Below, one piece after another: positions 13,281-26,344 of a stretch of DNA of 64,000 nt. The stretch is from Octopus vulgaris (Eukaryota): contig OX597830.1 of NCBI GenBank assembly GCA_951406725.2, forward strand, positions 35,154,001-35,218,000, read 5' to 3'. Position 1 is the stretch's first letter; the number at the start of each line of letters is the position of its first letter. Below the pieces are notes generated by a model. It worked only from the letters and a program-made list of their open reading frames with translations, had not been told where the DNA came from and made no database searches. A program made the translations under genes and the position numbers.

Positions 13281-13597
13281 GCTATATGTGTTTGTACATA
13301 TGTTCGCATGTATATACATATTTACAAATGTTTATAAATGTATATGCTTGTGCGGAAATATGAAGGGTACGTGTCATTTTAGTACGTAACTAAGAATGGA
13401 GATGTCATACATATATACAAGATTGCGTGCATAATTATCATTAGAGGAAATTCAAATGGAAATTCTTTGAAATGTTCTACAACTCTCTAATATACGCATA
13501 TACACCCTAATCGATTAAAGTTCGGGCGATGCCTATCGAATTGATTTCATTTTCCTTGGAAAACTTCACGATTTCTAGATTTCTGTTTGACTTTGTT

Positions 13598-13709
<112 letters not shown>

Positions 13710-13915
13710 CGGGAAGCTTTATGAAAATAAACAAAAGACGAAGGCAGGTGGAAAACAAACGAACAATTGTATTAGTATGGCGCTCAGGAAATATAAATAA
13801 AACAAGTCTTTAACGTTTCGAGCCTACGCTCTTCAACAGAAAGATACACAGAGAGAGAAAAACACAGAAAGAAGGAGAGAAAAAATGCGTGCAGTAGCTA
13901 ACGAATCAACATGGC
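13710..13915 (-). mobile_element. Penelope-like 3' terminal fragment abutting (TA)n
   Basis: Homologous to 30098-30292; contains a hammerhead-like motif followed by a pyrimidine-rich tail ending at a TA tract. Confidence 0.65.
13807..13844 (-). ncRNA. Minimal type I hammerhead-like motif (core CUGUUGA)
   Basis: TCTTT-CTGTTGA-A-GAGC-GTAG-GCTC-GAAA-CG-TT-AAAGA: stem I 5 bp, stem II 4 bp, palindromic ACGT in place of stem III. Confidence 0.6.
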
Positions 13916-14212
13916 GATATGTCTGCGTTTATGACAGTACGTAAATGCAACAAGCTATAGTCAGGTGATCAGAACTGCGTTTCACATTAATTGTCCTTGC
14001 ATATTTTCCTCTTCCAATAATACAGAGGGAGCACAAATATATGCAGGGAAGTTAACTTATAAGACTTTTGTTCCACTGACAGGCAAATCTGTGGTATTGA
14101 GCCGAATATTTGCCCATCTTTTATACCAAGACAAAACAATGTACATGATAACACTTCCAAATAAGTTAAGATCAGCAGCCACGAGAGCCACTGCCCGGTA
14201 CTGCATCAGGGC

Positions 14213-14253
<41 letters not shown>

Positions 14254-14272
14254 GTAGTAGTAGTAGTATTAG

Positions 14273-14297
<25 letters not shown>

Positions 14298-14304
<7 letters not shown>

Positions 14305-14428
14305 TTACTGCCTGGATTTGATCTTAGAATCTTGGTGTTAATAGTCCGCACTCTTAACCACTACGCCATATGCCCGTGGGCGTATAAATAATGTACATAA
14401 TTCCACCTCTCTCAAATATAGAACTGTA
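14298..14428 (-). mobile_element. SINE family D tRNA-like head plus inverted 3'-terminal fragment
   Basis: Minus strand GCCCACGGGCATATGGCGTAGTGGTTAAGAG...GATCAAATCC then (AAT)n. Plus-strand 14383-14428 matches the D terminus at 22811-22856. Confidence 0.8.
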
Positions 14429-16703
14429 TTATCTACTAGCAATGCACACTGATAATTTGAAAGTAAAGGATTACTTTTTAGTATCAAGTGCTATTTGGCA
14501 CCTCTTCTCCAGATAAATCATCAGTGATTGTTTCATTACTATCTTTGGAAATGCTCGACCGATTTTCCTATATGTCCATGCATGTCCCTGCTTTCACCAT
14601 CCTCTTATTATACCTGCACATTCTCAGCTAGTTCCCCCGTTTGCAGAAGCTGTTTGTAGCTTCTATTATATTGTATATGTATCTATCTGAACATAATAGC
14701 ATTCATTTTTATTGTTTCGCATAATACTTCGAGGGAATATAATCATATTCCTTGCTCTTCGTTGACAAATTTCCGCAAATCTTACACCTCTCACCTCTTA
14801 TTACATTGATGTCCAATCACATCCGAGCATATACGTATCCTCCTGCTGTCTTTTCATCAATGCTTTTATTGTCATTGAGCTTACTATTACTGCTATCACT
14901 AATCGTTGTCGTTACAGCCAATGATGTTAATGCAGCAGTCATTATTAAAGGTGTCGCCATTACTCCTAACGTTGTTGCTGTTCTTTTTCGTTTGTGTTGT
15001 TATTATTATTCATGTAATTGTTGTTATCGTTGTTTCTGTTAATGTTGGAATTATTGCAGCTATTTCGGCAATTGTTTTGCTATACATACAAAAGAGAAAA
15101 AAATGATCATATTTGCTTTTCCTTTTCCCGAAAGAAGTTGAGAACCACAACTATAGGACTCAAATCTCACCATCACCGACGTAGCCATCTTAAGTTGTAT
15201 TCTTACCGTTAACATATGAAATAAATAACAATTATCAATACCTCTTCCCTTAAATGGGCTATACACACGCACACACATATATATATATACTCACGCATGT
15301 ACGTATATATATATATATAGACATATATATGAATGTATATATACATATATATATATATGCACACACACATATATACATATGTGACATGTACGAATATACA
15401 TACACCTACGTTTATATACACAAATGTGTGTGTATACATACAAATATATACATGCATACATCCATGTATTTACACATACATGTATGATTTCCCTTCGCAA
15501 ATACTAATCAGACACAGACAGTGTGTCGTTAGCCAGCTGGAGGAAATGTCTTCCTGGGGCTATAATCAACAGTAGCATCGCCCCCTATGGGACCGCCACA
15601 TTTAGGTGGTAAATGCCCTTATCGATTCCGTGCTGCTACTGTCTACTTCTTGCTCAGAGAGTTAATATTGCTTGTTTCTCCCTTTCACATACATGGATGC
15701 ATACATACATACATACCAATACATAAATGAAAAATAAAGATTATTAATGTAGGGAAAAAGCATTATTTGTAGAAGTGTCGTTAAAATATCGGGTATCTTT
15801 GTTACTTAGTTCATATGACGTCGAGATTGAACATTTCATTTTATCCTTAGAATATATATAAATTAAATCCCATTTTAGGAACTTGGCTTGGTGGAGTCTT
15901 AAGAGTTTGGACGAAATGCTTAAATGTGTGCGTGTGTGCGGGCATAAGAATACACATATATATAGACGTTTTTACTTAGTATTTTTACAATTTTTTAGGG
16001 GTTGGGGGGGGGGGGGGGCATATGTATATTCCTTTTTTGTGTATGCGTGTGTGTGTATGCGTATATATACATGTGCGAGTATGTACATATATGGGCGTGT
16101 GTGTATGAGTGCATAAGGGCATGTCCGTATATGAAAGTGGTTTTTACGTTTGTATACTTCCTTATGTTTTTTTCTGTATTGTTACCTTTACCCATGTTTT
16201 TTCTTGTGCTTCTGCGTATATAGACGTATGTATGAACTTTTACGGTACGCGTGTGTGTGTATGAGTTTGTATATATATATGCGTACACATTTGGCGAAAA
16301 ATGCGAGTGAAGATGTGTACGTTTTCATAGTGACGTATAAGTACGCACGTGGGTCCGCGAGCGCACATGTGAGCGTATGAGTAGCCATCTTTACGTGTTT
16401 ACTATGAACTTTTAATCTTAATTTATATAAGTAGCGGAATTATAACACAGTAATTTCCCTTTATATAACGGTATTTTTTCATAGCGTTTTTCAGATGGCC
16501 AAATAACCGAAGAGATGATGTTGTGGATTTCCACTTCGGCATCCGAAACTCAGAGTTTTATCTTGACTATTGAATAATTGTAACATATTATTTTATAGAT
16601 AAATTTCCTCTATTTACATAATATTGAGGTCTCTTTCTTTCTTTTGTTATCTTACCGTTTTTACCAATATATATATATATATATACACTTATACATACAT
16701 ATG

Positions 16704-16736
<33 letters not shown>

Positions 16737-16765
16737 GACACAAATACATACATATATATATACAT

Positions 16766-16800
<35 letters not shown>

Positions 16801-16830
16801 GCATATATATATGCGTGTGTGTGTGTGTGT

Positions 16831-17078
16831 GGAGGCGCGTGGCCTAGTGGTTAGGGTGTCAGCCTCATGATCGTAAGATTGTGGTTTCGATTCCTGGGCC
16901 GGCGACGCGTTGTATTCTTGAGCAAAACACTTCATTTCACGTTGCTCTAGTCCACTCCGCTGGCAAAAATGAGTAACGCTGCGATGGACTGGCGCCCAGT
17001 GGGGAACACATACGCCATAGAAACCGGGAAACCGGGTCCATGAGATTGGCTAGGCTTTATAAGGGCGCATTTATTTAT
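16831..17078 (+). mobile_element. SINE family C full-length (tRNA head, CORE-like middle)
   Basis: A-box TGGCCTAGTGG, B-box GTTTCGATTCC, CORE-like CTTGAGCAAAACACTT...AAAAATGAG, 3' block GCGATGGACTGGCG...GAAACCGGGAAAC, (ATTT)n tail. Confidence 0.85.
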
Positions 17079-17274
17079 TATATATATATAAATATATATA
17101 TATATACGGCGAGCTTCTATACAGGTTCCGCCAACCAAATCTCACAAGAAATTTGGTCGGCCTGGGGATATAGGACAAGTCACTTGTTCATGATGCTATA
17201 TAGATGCTTCAAAAACCAACTCTATGATTATAATAATATTTAGATTCTCTCCAAAAGCATTCTAGCGTTATACC

Positions 17275-17420
17275 TATTTCTTTACTACTCACAAGGGGCT
17301 AAACACAGAGGGGACAAACAAGGACAGACAAACGGATTAAGTCGATTATATCGACTCCAGAGTGTAACTGGTACTTGATTTATCGACCCCGAAAGGATGA
17401 AAGGCAAAGTTGACCTCGGC
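17275..17420 (-). mobile_element. SINE family B (tail-1), 5'-truncated
   Basis: Reverse complement of the B 3' half; ATACC repeated at 17270-17274 and 17421-17425. Confidence 0.85.
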
Positions 17421-18020
17421 ATACCGCCAGGGTTTTTGGACGATTTTGCGATTGTTATCGTAAATAGGAATCTCGCTATAATATCGAGAAGGTTGTGTTG
17501 TTATATGGAGTCGTGATGGTTTAGCTCTCCGGTAATACCATTGATTATACTCTTTCCTAAAATGTTTTAATTTCATACTCCAAGTATACTTATGATAATT
17601 TTAGGTATCGTTATTCTACATGAAAACAAGGGATTAGAATATACATTTACAGAGTTACCGTATTTATATATCATTCTACAATTAGTAATGACAGGGTTTT
17701 CGAATTTAGCAGAAAAAATGGTACTTTTTTTTTTGTAACTTCATCTGAAGTTAGGAAAGTGATAGGTAACATGGTCATAATTATAATGGTCTTCGTTATA
17801 TGTCATATGTGAATGCTTCAGGTGCTGATATTGGTTAAAATAGAATTGGATAAATTTGAGGGTGACACTGCTGTGTACTGACTCCATATATATTTGTGCG
17901 TGAGGTATTATGCTTGTATATAAATACATACACACACACACATATATATATATATATGTGTGTGCATATGTATACGTATAATATGTATGCATATATCTCA
18001 CCCTCTTTCTCTCTCTCCCC

Positions 18021-18052
<32 letters not shown>

Positions 18053-18293
18053 ATACATATATACATATATACATCTATATGTGCATCTGATGTCCCGATA
18101 AAAAAATGGTGTGGCAAAAATGAGAGCTGGTTATAATTTCTATAGCATATCTATAGAAATAACTAACAAAATAATGTAAGAAGCACTGATAACACTGTAG
18201 AACGTGGTACTGACTTATAAAACATTTACTAAAATTTATAGTATATCATGTTTCCATAACGAAGTTCCTACAAATCATTAATGTATACATATT

Positions 18294-18379
<86 letters not shown>

Positions 18380-18415
18380 TATGTGTATGTGTGCGTGTGT
18401 GTGCATACATGTATG

Positions 18416-18477
<62 letters not shown>

Positions 18478-18637
18478 AACGTTTGGAATGTATGCAGTAA
18501 TGACACCTTCTGTGACTCTGCTACTAGCAATAATTAAAAAAAAATCAGATGAGGTAACAGCTAACTTTGTCTCTCTGTATCATTCTGTCTCTTCCACTCT
18601 CTCTCTTCATAATATATATATATCTGTATCTATATCT

Positions 18638-18699
<62 letters not shown>

Positions 18700-19030
18700 A
18701 AACTGATTATTACGGTTTCAAACATGAAGATGGTGATGATTATGACGATAATCATAATAGCAGACGTAGTGTGTAACAACAGTGTTGGTATTTATGTAAA
18801 CTCTCCATTATATGTTCAGAGGAAGCTATGTTGCTATTTCCCGCTTTTTGTTATATTTATTGTATGTATAAGTTTTCCAATATATACCTTGTTAATATTG
18901 TTCTAATTCTCTCTGGGAAGTTTCCATTGATGAATGGCAGCAAAAATAAATAAATCATCCTCGGCGCAATCCTTAAATCTCTCTCACACACAACACAAAG
19001 AAATATGCAAATACAACATTAAAAAATATA

Positions 19031-19054
19031 TATAATAATGATAATAATAATAAT

Positions 19055-19141
<87 letters not shown>
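19031..19141. repeat. (TAA)n microsatellite
   Basis: Read directly. Confidence 0.95.
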
Positions 19142-19143
<2 letters not shown>

Positions 19144-19380
19144 ACAACTAATAAATTACAAACCAGTTCAGCTACGACGACCACCCGCTCTACCCTTGCC
19201 ACTATAACGACCACCACAACCCCAAACCATCTCTTACAGAATGTTGTAAAATAACAAGATAACAAACGCTACCCCTATATAATAGAATGTATGAAACGAA
19301 AATAGAAAAATAATCGCTGCTGCCATTTCTGTTAATCAATAGGAAATTAGAAATTGAAAAATGTTTTTTGATGAATCATG

Positions 19381-19441
<61 letters not shown>

Positions 19442-19466
19442 TTATATGTATATGTATATATAAATT

Positions 19467-19507
<41 letters not shown>

Positions 19508-19967
19508 GTATAGGTGTGTAATTAAACAACGCGAGCCCTCCCATACATACAGACGTATATAATTAAAAATATTTTCATTTGTAGTTACAAAATGTATATT
19601 CACCCATGGATATTTAACTATGTATGAGTAATGTATGGAACTGAAATGCACATACCTTTTGTGTAAATGTGAATGTGAAAAATGTAAACATAGATATATG
19701 CTACATTCTGATTTCTATTAATTCATTTATCTATACAGGGAAAAATTATACTCGTATTTTGTATATTTACCTGTACAAACGTACGGGCGTATGTGCATAG
19801 AATATACATATATATACATTTATTCATATATATATACATATACATATATATACATATATACATATACATACATATATTCATATACATATACATGTAATCA
19901 TATATATATATATATATACATATATTTTCTACATATATAGAGGAGTATATACATAGATTATACACAT

Positions 19968-20371
19968 GGCGCAGGAGTGGCTGTGTGGTAAGTAGCTTGC
20001 TTACCAACCACATGGTTCCGGGTTCAGTCCCACTGCGTGGTACCTTGGGCAAGCGTTTTCTACTATCACCTCGGGTCGACCAAAGCCTTGTGAGTGGATT
20101 TGGTAAACGGAAACTAAAAGAAGCCCGTCATATATATGTATATATATGTATGTGTATATGTCTGTGTGTCTGTGTTTGTCCCTCCAACATCGTTTGACAA
20201 CCGATGCTGGTGTGTTTACGTCCACGTAACTTAGCGGTTCGGTAGAAGACACCGATAGAATATAAGTACGAGGCTTACAAAGAATAAGTCCTGGGTTCGA
20301 TTTGCTCAACTAAAGGCGGTGCTTCAGCATGGCCGCAGTCAAATGACTGAAACAAGTAAAAGTGTAAAAAG
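19968..20371 (+). mobile_element. SINE family A full-length
   Basis: Near-consensus head GGCGCAGGAGTGGCTGTGTGGTAAG; short internal microsatellite. Confidence 0.92.
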
Positions 20372-20817
20372 TGTGTATGCATACACTTATCTTTTAGCAC
20401 ACACATATAGCGAGATAGAGATATATAGAGGGAGTAGAAGTGAGAAATTAAGAGAGGTTCGTATCAGTTTTTCTCTTTACATACATGCCTACGATTATTT
20501 AGTTTATTTGTGTGCATATATTTATATATGAGTGTGGATGTAGAAGTATGTGTCCATGTATATATCACCTTCGAAACGTAGAGTAGATGAAACCATAGCG
20601 ACTGAAGAAGGGTTTTTTTCTTTGTGTTAATTGTCCTATACTCTATTTTTTTGTCGTTTAAAAAAATGTCCAGTTCCTTGGGTTTGTGTCTGTTTTCGTT
20701 TCTCATTGTGTTCGACGTCCTTTTGGTGTCCTGTAATCATATATGCGTGTATATGTACATGTAGAGGTAGGTACGTACATATATGTTTATATGTATATGC
20801 ATGTGTTTTATTTATTA

Positions 20818-20863
<46 letters not shown>

Positions 20864-21379
20864 TTGTGTGTTTGTCTGGTTCAATGTTTGTGAAGATTTT
20901 TCTGCTATTTACGCTAATTAAATCTATTTCTTCTCATATAAAGAATTATAACTTTGATTAGGATTAAGAGATTGAAAATTTGACGGCTCTGTGGAATAAA
21001 ACTTTTAATAAATAGAACTGAGTCTAAGATTCTTAAATTGCAAATGTAGTTACCGCTTTGCCATCATTTATATTTACTCGCATTTATTAACTCATACATA
21101 CAACCGTACACATATGTATATACGTATGTATGTAGATAAGTATGCATGAATGTGTATATGTTTGCATGTGTGTATATAGTACGAGTGAATGGACATACGA
21201 AAGTGACATTCAAAACTTTACACAGAGTATTGTTTAAAACAGATTGATTCGGCACCATGTAATTTAAAATTTTCTACTGAAGCCTACCTCATCGGGTTAC
21301 TTAATATCGGCGAGCTAAGTTTCTACGAGAGACCTACGAATCTTTAAGCTGCAAGAGTCTCAATCAAGGAGTTTTAAAT

Positions 21380-21437
<58 letters not shown>

Positions 21438-22006
21438 GGTAAAGAAGTAAAGAAATATGTTGGGATTTAATTAAAAAGACGCCATGACAATGTGGTGGTA
21501 AGAATGATCTATTGGGAACTCTGTGAAAATGTCGGCCTACAAAGAGCGAAGAAGTTCAAAGAACAAACTGCAGAAGGAGTCACCAAGAATAAGAATTGCA
21601 AAAATCCTGTGGGCCGCAATGATTGAGCGCGATCAACCGACCAGACATCGGAAACCGGACATTGTTGTAGTGAATAGAAAAGAAAGAACATGCATGATAA
21701 TCAACCCAGTATGCCCCGGTGGCAACAGGATCAAGATGAAAGGAGAAGAAAAAATAGAGTAGACGTGATACCAAGAATAATTGGTGCACTTGGAAGTATC
21801 AGCAATCAAGTACCAACATGGCTGAAAAAACATTGATGCAAGTGTGAAGGTAGAACACCTACGAAAATCAGCATTGCTTGGAACTGCAAGAACTCTGCGC
21901 AGGGTTCTTGAAGCATGACCAACAAACAAGTGTCAACTTAGGGTACTGGCTGTGGACAACCAGCACTTTCCATCATAATCAGGAAAATAAGCTGAGAGTC
22001 TTCATT
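21438..22006 (+). pseudogene. R4/Dong-clade non-LTR retrotransposon 3' fragment (restriction-like endonuclease region and 3' UTR) inside (TAA)n
   Basis: Frameshifted translation RRHDNV...YWELC...KILW...RHRKPDIVVVNRKERTCMII...GALG...HLRKSALLGTARTLRRVLEA*; (TAA)n on both sides. Confidence 0.85.
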
Positions 22007-22112
22007 AAATAATAATGATAATAATAATAATAATGATAATACTAATAATAATAATAACAACAACAACAATAATAATAATAACAATTAAAAAATAACAATA
22101 ACAACAACAACA

Positions 22113-22178
<66 letters not shown>

Positions 22179-22369
22179 TAAAAACTTTGGCTCGTGACCA
22201 TCAATTTCAAGTAAGGTGTATGGATGCTTACATCACCTTCAGTAGGTCTATGGTAGTTATTCTATACATTCCGTCGGATGATAGGGACAGTTCTCCTCGA
22301 CAGAATTTGAGCACAGGGGGCAAAATAGTGAATCAATGCCACTAAGCAAATATTTAATTCAAATATGTA

Positions 22370-22521
22370 TTCATTATTTACATTACTTACATTTGACGAT
22401 ATTTGTCTTCATCTTGTTTGTTGTTAACAGAAAGTTTCGGCTGATATACCTTCCAGCCTTCATCAGGTGTCTTGGGAAATTTTCGAACCTAGTTTCCCAT
22501 TCCTAAGGCATTTTTCGATGC

Positions 22522-22592
<71 letters not shown>

Positions 22593-22670
22593 TCACTGCC
22601 TGGAATTGAACTCGGAATCTTGAGGCTAGTAGCTCGCGCTCTTAATCACTACGCCATATGCCCACGGGCA
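22370..22670 (-). mobile_element. SINE family D full-length: tRNA head, (AAT)n, hammerhead-bearing tail
   Basis: Reverse complement of 51559-51806. Confidence 0.88.
22426..22471 (-). ncRNA. Minimal type I hammerhead motif in family D tail
   Basis: GACAC-CTGATGA-A-GGCTG-GAAGGTATAT-CAGCC-GAAA-CT-TT-CTGTT: canonical core and perfect 5-bp stem II, mutated 3' side. Confidence 0.7.
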
Positions 22671-22858
22671 TAACATCAAAAAATACCTTAGGAATGAGAA
22701 CCCGGGTTCGAAATTTCCCCAAAGACACCTGATGAAGGGAGGAGTGTATATCACCCGAGTACTTGTGTTAACAACAAACAAGATGAGGACAAAAATTCGT
22801 TAAACGTACATAATGTAAATAAAGTAAATAATTCCTCATCTCTTAAATATAGAACTAC
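22671..22858 (+). mobile_element. Inverted copy of the family D tail (decayed hammerhead at 22724-22769)
   Basis: AACATCAAAAAATACCTTAGGAATGAGAACCC...ACACCTGATGAAGG...AATATAGAACT, the reverse complement of 22370-22522 plus extra terminal sequence. Confidence 0.88.
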
Positions 22859-23315
22859 AAATATATATTTAAAAATAACTTTGAAATTATTGTATGCTTC
22901 ATATAGTTTTACAACTGTATATTGATTTATGCCTACGTAGGATGACTAGAATAGATTTTAAGCTCAAAGAGAACTTTGCGCGTGGAAATGAGGAAATTTT
23001 ACATATTTATTTAGTTATGATGTTTTCTTTCTTTGTTTTATATTTTTGTCTTTTTATTTGTTTTTACATTTTAATGCTTTCCATTGGTTTTAATTGGGCG
23101 GAAGGACGAAAGGCAAAGTCGACATCGGCGGCATTTGAAATCAGAACGTAGCGACGGACGAAATACCGCAAAACATTTTGCTCCGTGAGCTAGCGAAGGG
23201 GGTTTTATTGTTTGCTTACGTTCCTGTTTCCCACTCTTTTTTGCAATACCTTTTTCTTCGGATTCAATCGATAATGGCCGATCACGTTTGCTACGGTTGA
23301 GTTCACGGCTTTATT

Positions 23316-23317
<2 letters not shown>

Positions 23318-23403
<86 letters not shown>

Positions 23404-23470
23404 CAATCACCTTTGATAAGCGTTAATACTCACTGTGATGAAGATGATGATGATGATGATGATGATGATG
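23318..23470. repeat. (CAT)n followed by (GAT)n
   Basis: Read directly. Confidence 0.95.
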
Positions 23471-23517
23471 AGAAGGAAGAGTAAGAGAGAGATCAACAGA
23501 TGCCTATGTAATAATTA

Positions 23518-24015
<498 letters not shown>

Positions 24016-24109
24016 CATACACATCCACCATAGTTATAGTTGTTTTTGCTGTGGAACGTGCTACGCTCGTTTGGCAGAGTAAAGTTCCTTTTTTTTCTTT
24101 CGCAATCGT

Positions 24110-24678
24110 CATAGTGATGGCGTTGATGAAGTTGATGACGCTGATATCGTTGATGATGATAATGATGATCCTGATTATGACCATGATCATGATGATCATC
24201 ATGATCATCATGAGGGTGATCATAATGATAATTATTATGGTGGTGGTTGTGGTGGTTGCGAGTATGATGAGAAAATGATGACCATGACGAAGACTACGAC
24301 GACGACGATGACGTTGATGATGATGATCATGGCGACGTTGGTGATGATGATGAATATGATGATGATGACAAAGAAGAAGACAACGTTGCCGGTGATGATC
24401 TTGATACTGGTGCCGACCGACGGCACCGACGATGTAGAAGAGGATGAGGATGTTAAATGAGGCTGTTAGAACTGATGATGATAATGATGGTGATGATGAT
24501 GATGATGATGATAATGATGATAATGATGATGATGAAGATGTTGATGATGAAGATGTTGATGATGATGATGGTAATGATGATGGTGATGAGGATGGTGATG
24601 ATGATGAGGAGGAGGAGGAAGATGATGACGATGATGAAGATGATGACGATGATGATGATGATGATGACGATGATGATA

Positions 24679-24713
<35 letters not shown>

Positions 24714-25153
24714 GATGATGACGATGATGATGGTGATGATGATGATGATGAAGATGACGATGATGAAGATGGTGACGATGATGATGATGGTTGTGGTGGG
24801 GGTGGTGGTGTTAGTGGTCGTGGTGGTATTGTTTTTTTTTTGTTGTCAAATCCGTTGTTGACGTTGCTGTTGTTTTCACTCTTGGACTTGGGACGAGCGC
24901 GTGGGTAGCGGCGGCGGCGGCGGCGGCGGCGGCGATGGTAGTGACACTGCTGACAGCGGCAGTGTTGTTGTTGTTGGTGGTGGTACTGCCGGTGCTGGTA
25001 GTGGTGGTCATGGCGGTAGTGTTTAATGCGAATGATATAATTATTGGCATTCGTCACTGTTTTGTCTTTACTGATAATGTTATACAGTTTGCTGGTAAAT
25101 TTGTTGCAGTGTTTTGCTTGTTACTGTTATTACAGAGAAGATTACTTCTGCAA

Positions 25154-25185
<32 letters not shown>

Positions 25186-25270
25186 GCTACTGCTGCTGCT
25201 TGTTACTGATGATGGTGATGATGGTGGTGTTATTATCCTCATAATTGTTGTTGTTGTTGACGTTATTGTT
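24110..25270. repeat. Cryptically simple (GAT)/(GGC)/(GCT) trinucleotide region
   Basis: Degenerate triplets; source of the poly-S, poly-D and poly-M ORFs. Confidence 0.9.
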
Positions 25271-25670
25271 GCTCTATAAACCTGTTATTTTGTACATAGG
25301 CCTGAACAAGTTGCCAGTAAGTCACTCAGCCACATAATAGGGCGCCATTCGAATCAGTGAAATTTCTCTTGTAATGTGAAAATCCAATTTCTATTTAGCT
25401 CTCTCTCTCTCTCTTTCTCTCTTTCTTTTACTTTCTCTCTCTCTCTCTGTCTGCCTTTCTCTCTCTATCTCTCGCTCGCTCGCGCGTGCGCATTTCTTGA
25501 TTATATTTATATGTACACATCTAGGCAGGCAAACAACTACTTACCTCATTTACTATGCATGTGAATGTATTCCTCTGCTCATGTGTGCGCGCGTATGTCT
25601 GCATAAACATGTATGTGCGTAAATATGTATGTGTTTGTATATATTTATATATATATATACTCACACACAG

Positions 25671-25744
<74 letters not shown>

Positions 25745-25868
25745 GTGTGTATGTATGTATGTATCGATATATGGCGGGCGAAACAGGAATACTCAATACA
25801 CGTTACCGAAGATATGTGGTGTAGTTTTTTTATTAGAACTGAAAATAGTTATCTGTCTATCTATCTAT

Positions 25869-25914
<46 letters not shown>

Positions 25915-26060
25915 GTACATATATACATACATATATATATATACATATATGTATATATACATATGCATATGCATACACACATCCATATATATATATAGAC
26001 ACACACACACAAAGACACACACACACACAAAGACACACACACACACACACACATATATAT

Positions 26061-26096
<36 letters not shown>

Positions 26097-26344
26097 GCGC
26101 ACATATAAAGATACCTGAATCCCAATTCCTACGTACACATGTCCATTAATTACATGTGTGTGTGTTTTTGTGTGTGTGCTTGTGAGTGTATATTTGTTAA
26201 TTAGGTTTTGAATTGTATGTTTTTTTGTTTAGTTTTTTTTTTACTATGCCTCTTCTGTTATATTTGTTGTTTTTCAAATACATCCTTGTCAATATATTTC
26301 CTTTATATACATTAATATTTTGTCATTATTATTCTTTCGGACTA

